Positions 1 through 8,584 of a stretch of DNA of 36,256 bases are shown piece after piece (within the stretch, counting starts at the first letter, position 1; each line of letters opens with the position of its first letter). The DNA comes from Spongospora subterranea f. sp. subterranea (taxonomy: Eukaryota), in NCBI GenBank assembly GCA_049724395.1, contig JAUGWO010000102.1:434001-470256 (forward strand). Direction: 5' to 3'. The notes under the pieces are model-generated. The model did no database searches, was not told the DNA's origin, and saw nothing but the letters and a program-made list of their open reading frames with translations. Made by a program: the position numbers and the translations under genes.

Positions 1-1531
1 TGAAGGCACAAACCAGGCCCATCACGTAGTAAAAATTGGCATTTCCACAGCCAAGGTCGATCCACATTGTCCACATAACAGCGCTCATCGTGAAAGACAC
101 AATTAAAGCCACATAGACTGGCATTAGATTCCGCATTTCTGGTACATCGGTTAGCGAAATAAAAGCAAAGATTTGAGAGACAATACCTTTCAGAATATCA
201 TACTGTGTCAGAAGTAAGCAATAAACTATTCCAAAATCTCCTACGACAGGATACGGACGGAACATCATGATAAGATGCATAAATATAAAAAATAAGAATT
301 GAGGATTGTGCCAGAATCTAATTGTCAGCGGGATCACGTATACGAATACCTAAAAACACAATTGAACAACGCAACGATGATGAAGCGTTCATCCGTACCT
401 GTGAATTAAAGCAGATCAAAAAAAAGGAACGAAATCGGTGAAACATTTCAGTAACGAAGTACCAGAATATGCCAATATTTGGAGTTAAGTCGTGAACAAA
501 ATACAGATACCGATAGCTAAAAGACCACCACCTCGACGACCTAATAGAGACTGAATACGAATGTAAAAAATAAGAAATATGGCTACCCGAAGTAATGGGA
601 AGAAAGCGCGATCAGAGAAGCGAGGAAGCCAATACTTAATGATATAAACATCAGCATTTTTGCAGTAAGCGAAAATGGCACCGCATTAAGAGGAGCGTCG
701 CGCTTTGCAGCTGACGATAAATCTAATTGCTTGAAATGCAGCACGATCAAAATTGGAACCAAAAGAATGGCGTTGTACAGCTCTAGATAGACGGACGTTG
801 CGAATGAAAATGCAAGAGATAAAATATGGCCTAATATGCGGATAAGCTCAGCAATATTAAGCGATTCATTAGAATACCATTATATGTAGAATAGAGGGCA
901 AAAATAACGAAGACCTGTGATAGCGAAACAGTTGACAGTGATGCGCATGATAACAAAGTTAAGGGGTTGAACAAGAACCTAGCACGAATAGCAAAATTGA
1001 GTCCCAATTTGATGCAATCCGTCAGGCACAAACATTCTGAACACAATGTCGTGTAAGTTCGCTTGTTTGTGAATGCAAATTTCACTAACAACGGAGAGTG
1101 AGATGATATGAAACACTGTAGATGAAGATCATGAACCTGTTAGGGAAAGGAAACCCCATATCACGACTCCGCATAGTGACATTCCGAAGCATTGCGGCGA
1201 TGAATAAATCAATGCATATGAAAAAGAAGTGGATCAAGTGAATAGAACCCACGTCATTTAAGAAAGAAAGGAACGCGAAAAGCAGCGGAGGTTGGTGAAA
1301 TATATCCCCATCATAAATTGAGCGATTTTGAGAATGTAGGTACATTGCCTCCACCACTACAAAGCAAAAATTAATCAGAACAGGAGTAGAATTTGAGAGA
1401 AACAAAAACGTCCTACCTCGTCGGTAGCTAGAAGACGCACCAACAATTTGGACAGACTCTGAACTGTGAGAGGTGGTTAGCATTAGCAGATACCTGAGAG
1501 CTGCAGCTAATATGAGATCAACCCATAGCAT
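1..1531 (-). CDS. PIGU: GPI transamidase subunit PIG-U (Gab1/Cdc91), multi-exon, 3' end beyond window start
   Basis: Minus-strand exons give 'IYDGDIFHQPPLL', 'DLTPNIGIFWYFVTEMFHRFRSFF' (~425-495) and 'MWIDLGCGNANFYY' (~27-70), the conserved PIG-U motifs; many hydrophobic TM segments; ATG at 1531. Confidence 0.93.
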
Positions 1532-1670
1532 TGATAAAACGATCCGATGGGCAATGGATTATCCAATATGAGCCATGCGCAGGTTAAGTGGGTATCCAGT
1601 ATCCACAGTGCAGTGTGCCTTAACACCCAACTACGGATATGCGATGCGCCACTTTATCGTCGTTAAGATC

Positions 1671-2182
1671 AACAGGTGGCCCGAGATAGTTTTGCTGTAA
1701 TAGCCGAATCTTGTCCACTCCAGGCCATACAGAATCAACATTTTGTAACGGCCTAAATCTATATTCATCAGGGATGATCCTCTTTGAAGTACTGGAGCTA
1801 GATGAAGTGTTTAGACAATCCCAGCCCTCGATCCTACTGCTGCTCCCCCCACGTGTCTGCGTAATTTTTTGAAAAAATTTAGCGATCGAGTCAAAAATCG
1901 ACCAAGATTTACGACGGTAACTCAAGGACATGGACAAGATTTTCAACTCCAAGACTTTGACTTATCAACTTGCAACTTACCTTGCAACATCAAGGAGCTG
2001 TTGGAGTATAACAGAAGGCACATGGTCCTGTTCACCGGCCGGCGAACGCTTTCACATTGCAAAGTAGGTGACACGGTGATAGGTCAAAGTCGTTGGAGTT
2101 GATAATCATGTCCAGTTCCCGTACGTCGCCGTAAAATCTTGGTCGATTTTTGACGCGACTTCTTAATTTCGGGCCACCTGTT
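1671..2182. mobile_element. MITE-like non-autonomous fold-back element
   Basis: Terminal inverted repeats AACAGGTGGCCCGAGAT (1671-1687) / ATTTCGGGCCACCTGTT (2166-2182), 16/17 match; internal ~105-bp imperfect inverted repeat 1886-1992 vs 2053-2158; no recognisable protein; no clear TSD. Confidence 0.55.
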
Positions 2183-2911
2183 TTTATTGACCATCGTGTT
2201 CAGCTCAGATAGATGACCGCCTTTGGTTACTGGTATTCCCACACCATAAATCTTGATCGATTTTTGACTGGACTGAGATCAGATGTAAGTGGCCCTCAGG
2301 CAGGTGTTCTAACAAATGATTTCATGTTCAGGTCGGTGCTGAAGTCGTGTACTCTGAGATCACTCGTGGGATAATGGCAGTCGGTACAACGGAGCTGCGG
2401 CCTGTGACGCCCATTCGCTTCGTTGGTCAACGCGACGACGACCAGACTTCTGCAGGATGAATAACCACATTCCAGATATCAAACTGACCTGAGCTACTCA
2501 CAAAAAAATCAAAGTAAACAGACTTGGCTTGAAATATCGTGACAGCACTAAACAACAATTTGGTTCAAAGTGTTTGGTTTTCTGTGTCTTTGCCCCCAAA
2601 ATCAGAAAGAGGCAGTTAACTAAAACCTACAAATCATGTGATTTCCGTGAATAAGTCCCAGTGACTGCTTTGGAAACATCTCGAAGCCCGATCCTATCAG
2701 AAAAAGTACTCGAACGAATGTGTTTTGAGTTTGTACCTGAGACATTAGTTAGTATAACAGAAAACACGCAGATCCCGCATCGATCGCATCTGTTCATATG
2801 TCCATGACTCTCCAGTACTCATTGCAGAAGCACGATTGCCGTCTTCTGACACAGACGGAGACGCACCCGACCATCGTCAATCCGATATCTCATATCCAGC
2901 TGTAACACTAA

Positions 2912-2933
2912 AAACACACCGCACGGTGTGTTT
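2912..2933. repeat. 22-bp palindromic hairpin AAACACACCG-CA-CGGTGTGTTT
   Basis: Perfect 10-bp arms read directly; lies ~90 bp upstream of the maturase-like ORF. Confidence 0.85.
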
Positions 2934-3020
2934 CAGTCCCACTGACTCTAGCTGCAGTCGGCAGTAACCCTCATGCTGCCTGGCCGATAATCGTCATTCT
3001 GCATTGATCTGTTCCAGTAT

Positions 3021-5273
3021 ATGAACTACAACATCGTCCATTTGTCCCCGGATCGCTTAAGATATGGATTCGCTTGCCCAACGTGTATATGGGTCCATTC
3101 CTCTCAAACCAGCTTTGCGAACCGCCTTTATTCGACTGCAAGTTTGAATCCCCGCGCAAGGACCATGCAATTCCTACATATATCCAAGACATCGCACGCA
3201 TGGTCGAGAAAAGCATCGCAGAATGTATCTAGCTTAGCTGCGTTCTCAGACGCGCTGCCAAAATTTGGCAATTCCTTCGTTGTTCCTGATAGAAATCGTT
3301 CTCTCGCGTCGTCCGAAATTTCTTCGTTGAGATTTTCTGACACATTACCAGATTTGCCTTCGTCCGAAGCGGGCGCTAATCTCATGCCTTTTTTATGGCC
3401 AGAATATTCCGGCAACAATTATCAGCAAAAAGTTCCTGGCGAGCATCGAGGTTCTGTAACTACTCTCAGCGAGGAGGTTCCAAGCAGCGAATCCAGTCGA
3501 GGTCTTTACCATCGGCTGTTGAACCGTGATATTTTCCATTCATCGTTGATCCGTCTCCAGAACGCCCCAAATAGCATGATAACCCACGTAGAGCCTGGAT
3601 TATTGAATAATTTTATCGACGATCTCGTTGAACAGCTGCGGTTGGGCACATTTGCGTTTCTGCCAAAGCGTAATCGACGTGCAAGAACTAAATGCCCGAT
3701 CGGAGCTAAAAAAAAAGAACGCGATCGTAGGCCGCCAGTTGATGTGATCGTTCCTCCGATTTTTCGAGATCAACTTGTTTTACAAGCGATGACTACTCTT
3801 CTAGAGACGGTGTATGAGCCCAAATTTTCTCCGAATAGTCATGGCTATAGATCTACTGCTAGTGGATTATCGCGTCAGAGTGCATTGAAGCAGATTCGTG
3901 ACAGTTTCGGCATTTCTTCCTGGTTTATTGATGGGAAGCTTACGTACTGCATTGATGATCTTGACCATGGTTTCTTGTTTGAAATTCTTAGGAAAGAAGT
4001 GAAAGATGCCCGGTTCATTGCTCTTATTCAAAATGCAGTTAAGGCAGGCCTGTTAGAATTTCGTCGCTATGGTCGCATATCACTTTGCGAGACGCCGATG
4101 GGGACGAATCCGCTCAGTCCTCTACTAGCCAATATTTGCCTAAACGAGCTTGACATGTTTGTTGACATTCTGAAGAAAGATTACGATAAAGGATCTCGTC
4201 CTGGACTGAACCCAAAATTCAGACTCTGGCGTGCACACATTGATCGTTTGAGGCGTAATCCTCTCTCTGATCCTAAAGAAATTCGATCGGCATCAGTCAA
4301 ACTGCGAGAAATGTCTTTCGTAGATGAAATGGATCCCAACTTTCGACGTCTATTTTATGTTCGCCATGCTGATCGCATCCTAATCGGCCTACGTGGTCCG
4401 AAAGCTGACGCGATAGCTTTTGAAAATCACGTTAAACATTTCCTATCAAAAGTTTTAGGTCTTCCAGCGGACCCAAAAATCGTCAGCGTCAGGCACGCCA
4501 GATCAGAAGGGGTTGAGTTTCTAGGGACCGATTTGTATAAAATTTCGATCCGATCTCCGACAATGAACAGCACTCGCCGTATTCTACGTTTAATGGCCCC
4601 TAAGAAATCAATCAAGATGAAGCTGATCAATACTGGGTTTATCCAAGGCGAAAAGTCCAAGCCGTACTACTACTGGTCCAAATATTCTTTGGAGCGCATT
4701 GTTTGGCTTTACAGTGCTGTTTTCAAACGGATTCTGCGTCATTATTCCTTTGTTGCTAACACCAGCGCACTCGGAACGTATTTCCACTGGATTATTCGAG
4801 GATCTTGCGCCAAGCTTTTAGCGGCCAAATTAAAACTGTCATCGCAGCGAAAAATATTCACCCGATTTGGAAAATTCCTTTCCGTTGACAAGAATTTTCC
4901 ATTAGCGCGATTCTACCGACCTCAGTCATTCGCCAGAGCAGACCGCGATTCAGCGTTTCTGGAGGGTGAAATCGATTACGCTGTCAGTGTCGACGGTCGT
5001 AGAGTCGGGTTCATTGACGAGAGCGTTCTATGCGCAAACTGTCAATTATGTGGTGCGTCTGAGAAAGGGCAAATCCACCTTCATTCTGTTATTTCGTTTG
5101 CAACTGATTTGGATGCACAATTTCGTCACCTGGTCAGGCGCGAGAATAACATCCCGAAACCAACCAGGTGGAATCAGATCGCTTTATGCCCCGACTGCAG
5201 CTTGAAGTACTGCAGAAAAAGCCGACGTGCTGAACGCAGAGACTCCTGGATCGACACAGCCAACATCGAATAA
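3021..5273 (+). CDS. Nuclear-encoded group II intron maturase-like protein (RT0-RT7, X/thumb, degenerate HNH), RT predicted inactive; start may be ATG 3165
   Basis: 'RDQLVLQAMTTLLETVYEPKFSPNSHGYR', 'WFIDGKLTYCIDDLDH', 'LSPLLANICLNELDMFV', 'YVRHADRILIG', 'EFLG', X-domain 'RGSCAKLLAAKLKL...RFGK', C-terminal 'CQLCG...NQIALCPDC'; collinear with mitochondrial-type group II intron-encoded proteins; single exon, standard code. Confidence 0.93.
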   Translation: MNYNIVHLSPDRLRYGFACPTCIWVHSSQTSFANRLYSTASLNPRARTMQFLHISKTSHAWSRKASQNVSSLAAFSDALPKFGNSFVVPDRNRSLASSEISSLRFSDTLPDLPSSEAGANLMPFLWPEYSGNNYQQKVPGEHRGSVTTLSEEVPSSESSRGLYHRLLNRDIFHSSLIRLQNAPNSMITHVEPGLLNNFIDDLVEQLRLGTFAFLPKRNRRARTKCPIGAKKKERDRRPPVDVIVPPIFRDQLVLQAMTTLLETVYEPKFSPNSHGYRSTASGLSRQSALKQIRDSFGISSWFIDGKLTYCIDDLDHGFLFEILRKEVKDARFIALIQNAVKAGLLEFRRYGRISLCETPMGTNPLSPLLANICLNELDMFVDILKKDYDKGSRPGLNPKFRLWRAHIDRLRRNPLSDPKEIRSASVKLREMSFVDEMDPNFRRLFYVRHADRILIGLRGPKADAIAFENHVKHFLSKVLGLPADPKIVSVRHARSEGVEFLGTDLYKISIRSPTMNSTRRILRLMAPKKSIKMKLINTGFIQGEKSKPYYYWSKYSLERIVWLYSAVFKRILRHYSFVANTSALGTYFHWIIRGSCAKLLAAKLKLSSQRKIFTRFGKFLSVDKNFPLARFYRPQSFARADRDSAFLEGEIDYAVSVDGRRVGFIDESVLCANCQLCGASEKGQIHLHSVISFATDLDAQFRHLVRRENNIPKPTRWNQIALCPDCSLKYCRKSRRAERRDSWIDTANIE

Positions 5274-5607
5274 AACGCTTGTATTATATTGGTTTCATAA
5301 CGGTTGTCATTTCGTTTTCATTGATGTTCCTGGCGTCAGGGCGAATATTCCTCGTTTTTGCGGTTCAGTTTTGGATTTGACCCTGAGACGGGAACTGGTT
5401 CTTGCCGATATATTCAGGTGCCGAATTCGCTGGAATATCTAACGCTTTGCTAGGCCTGCTCAGGGCACCGATCAATCGTTCTAAGTGAGGGTGCGTGAAT
5501 CACGCCCGAGTGGCACGCGTTTTGAACCATCATTGGATTCTGACCCAGCGAACTTGCACAAAATCCTCAGACTTCAGACCGGTGTCCAATTGTCCCGGTA
5601 CTGTCGA

Positions 5608-6378
5608 ATGAGAGAGGCGAAACTCTTGCACACGTACAAAGAGCCATGGCATTTGGTCATTCAGGCTTACCAGCAGAGATTTGAGAACCTGCCCCATCCA
5701 CGAATTCCTGCGTTGCTTGGGGCAGAATTCGACAATTTCGCATACGAACCGTCATCTCAAGAATTGTCGTGGGTCGTTCTTGGACAAGTCGACGTGCCTG
5801 TGGCATCGTGGGTGAAAAAACTGTCTGGGTGTTCCCATTGTATATTCCGGACCATAAATACGATCAATTATTCAGCGAGAACGCTGAAAATCCGAATCAC
5901 GAACGACGACTTTAGGCACATCGCCGTCGTCGAAGAGAGCAACTGCTTCAGAGTCCATCCCGAGAATGATCAATGGACTGAGTATGAACAAGTATCGCGA
6001 TTGACTATTCGATCATTGCTCGGGATGCAATCCCAGGTTGAGGGGATTGTCATGAAGTCCTATTCCGAGGTGATAATCGCCCCATCACCTGCCCCTACGC
6101 CGTTAACCAGCTATTGTTGTCTGATTTAGAACTACGAAGCAGGTAGGTCTGTGGACAACGAGTTCATCCAGAAACTACTGGGCGCCGGCCACCTCCCTCG
6201 CCGAGGATATCTGGAAGCGATGACGGTCGCCCATCTGAACGAGGGAGCGACAATACCTTTCACACATATGGAGCATTCCATCACCGCATTGCCCTATTCC
6301 GCCAAGGAATTGGATATCGAAAGCGAAGATGATTCTCAAATCAATCAACCTGATGCAGTCAAACTGCATCATCTGTAA
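5608..6378 (+). CDS. PRELI/MSF1 domain protein, 2 exons (5608-6069, 6130-6378)
   Basis: 'HTYKEPWHLVIQAYQQRF..P.P.IP' and 'EESNCFRVHPENDQWTEYEQ' match PRELI/MSF1 (SEC14L N-terminal type); a 60-nt GT-AG intron at 6070-6129 joins the frames. Confidence 0.85.
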
Positions 6379-6454
6379 TTTACCTAGACATTATCGTTTT
6401 CATACGTTAATTATTATACGACATATATTCTAAACAGATTTTGTCGATCGGGTA

Positions 6455-7878
6455 TCAATTTGCTTGAAGTGGCGGTAGGTTGGGGTTGAGGAGATAGCAT
6501 AGAATATCGTTGGTGACCTTGGGGTGTTGTTCTTCTCGGGCGGCGATCGCCGGGATCAAACCCATAACACGTAGGGTATGGATTTGCGAATGGATAATCA
6601 ACAGTATTGTGGCGATCTCGGGGACTTTCCAACCGCTTTCCCTGATCAAAAACTTCTCCAGATCCTCATATATTCTTTTTAGCTCGCTGATCCAGTAGAA
6701 TATCGACGGGTGTTGCCAGCGCTCCATTGTCGAGCAGACAACCCATATCCTCCTCAATATGGATTTGTCTTTAGGTTCCAGATTTTTCACCTTCAAGAAT
6801 GTGTAGTCTTCGCTAGAAGACGTCACACTGGATCAATACAGAAACTAAATGGTGATTTGTTGAACAACCTACAGATTGTTGAATGAGCGCGAGCGAGGAG
6901 ATGGAAATTCGCGTTCGATAACCACGCCAAGATCGCGAACCTTGTAGATATCGGACGAGGTCTTTTCCCATGCTTGTTCTATCTTCCGGCAGATATCGTC
7001 GATTCCACACAGCATGCAAGCGGATCTGCTCTTATTGGATGTCAGCTTCAGCTGCGCCTGATCCGCACTGCCGTTTGCCGATTTGACAGAACTGACGGCC
7101 ATCGCTCGGGCCGTGATCCTTTCGAGTTGTCGATCGGGAATCAGAACCGACAGGAGAAAGTTCACCATGACGTCTTCGGCGATGTAGGGCAATCCAGTAA
7201 TAAGCGGATTATCAGAGCCCAGCTGGAGAATATTCGTCGTCATTTCAATCAGCTCGGGCTTACCGATTTCTTGCAAGCGTCCGTCATCCTCGATCCATAA
7301 CCGCATCTCATTTACCCGTTTTCTAACGGCCGCAACTGCACACACAAAACCCAGCTGATTACTTACCAATCGCTGATCGGCGTGAACCAATAGCCGAACC
7401 TTTGTGGCAGTTGACCTGGTTGTAAAAGTGACATAACCGCACCATGATCGTCGATGGCGTCTGCCAGAGCTTGTCATTGAACACCCAATGGAGATCCAGT
7501 ACGATGTCATCGGGAGTCGACCCGAGTTCCTCGGCCCATTGCGTGACCAGTGCCAGGTCAATACCAGATTGCCCCATCAGATCGACGATTGGCCTCATTT
7601 CAGCGCGCATTAGGATTGCGATAGAATATCGCGGTACCTGATGAACGATCCGGCCAGCGACCGAACTGTGCCGGTCACATGAGATATCGTGGAAAACAGG
7701 ATTTCGCTGCGGATACTGCAGTTCGCGTCTGATAGCGCATATCGATCTCGCGAGTATTGTCGAGGGGCGACCGATGCCACAGCAATCAGAATCTATTGGA
7801 CGTTGTCTCATTTGTGGATGTCGAATAAATAGAAAGAAGTGATCAAAGCTGGGAGCACGTTTGGGATAGCGCAAACAT
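6455..7878 (-). CDS. Hypothetical multi-exon protein (start uncertain)
   Basis: Three consecutive minus-strand ORFs (7359-7874, 6869-7561, 6455-6826) with globular composition, joinable by short introns; no family recognised. Confidence 0.55.
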
Positions 7879-7941
7879 GGTCATCGGTGGCTCATTGATT
7901 CCACAGTACCACCATTGTTTGTTTACTTGCAAGTGCTACCG

Positions 7942-8004
7942 GTCAGAAGGGGGAAAGACGGCTGACGACCCTGTCAGAAGGGCGAAAGACCAGCAGAAGA
8001 CCCT
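7942..8004. repeat. Two-copy ~31-bp imperfect direct repeat (GTCAGAAGGG.GAAAGAC..GC.GA.GACCCT)
   Basis: Units 7942-7972 and 7973-8004, in the intergenic region between divergent genes. Confidence 0.75.
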
Positions 8005-8584
8005 TTCAATCAACGACTCAGTTGCAGCTAAAATGGGACAAAGTAACTTGATAAACTGACTTACCCAGGTTCATTGTTTGAAGGAATGAGCAAAGCTGGA
8101 AAATAAGGAACTACTGTGTTTCTCCCGACAAAGGAATACTAAAATTTCAGGCAAAGCAACGTTTAGTAATCAATCTTCGATGTTTGCGTTGGATTTACTC
8201 AAACATGTTCAAGTCAAGTTGATCGTGACTTGGGATGAACGGCGATTTGGAACTGCTCTTTTTCAGGTTTATGGCAAAAAAGCGCGCGCGTTTCCTCACT
8301 CTTGCTGGGCGCGGACAGCTGACTGCGGTGAACGTCGTGGGACTTATCCACTGAACAGTCTGTAAACTGGTGTGGGGAGAGTGAGATTGTCGAGGACACC
8401 GAAGCGCGCAGCGCTCATTGATCATTGCGCGGCTCTGTGCCTGCCTGCTATTGAAACCCTGTCTTGAGTTCATCCGTGCACCTCACAATAACGTTCTTCG
8501 CCTAATCCCGGGACCATATTCGATTGGGGTCCGGTGTCCCCTTTCAAAGACAGAGAGATTGAGGTCGACCATTCCAAGTTGAAC

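Noticed and set aside
5219..5250. Group II intron domain V remnant (AGCCGACGTGCTGAACGCAGAGACT)
   Set aside because: Starts like AGC-CG and has a 3-bp upper stem, but the lower stem does not pair and no domain VI follows; it lies inside the ORF. An Infernal scan would settle it.
3021..5273. Active retroelement (LINE, telomerase, mobile group II intron) or recent NUMT
   Set aside because: Domain order and motifs are group II IEP type; catalytic Asp residues are replaced; composition is nuclear-like and no mitochondrial exon sequence flanks it.
5608..6378. Functional linkage of the PRELI gene with the adjacent maturase
   Set aside because: Adjacency in a eukaryotic genome does not imply an operon-like system, and this PRELI looks SEC14L-type rather than clearly mitochondrial.
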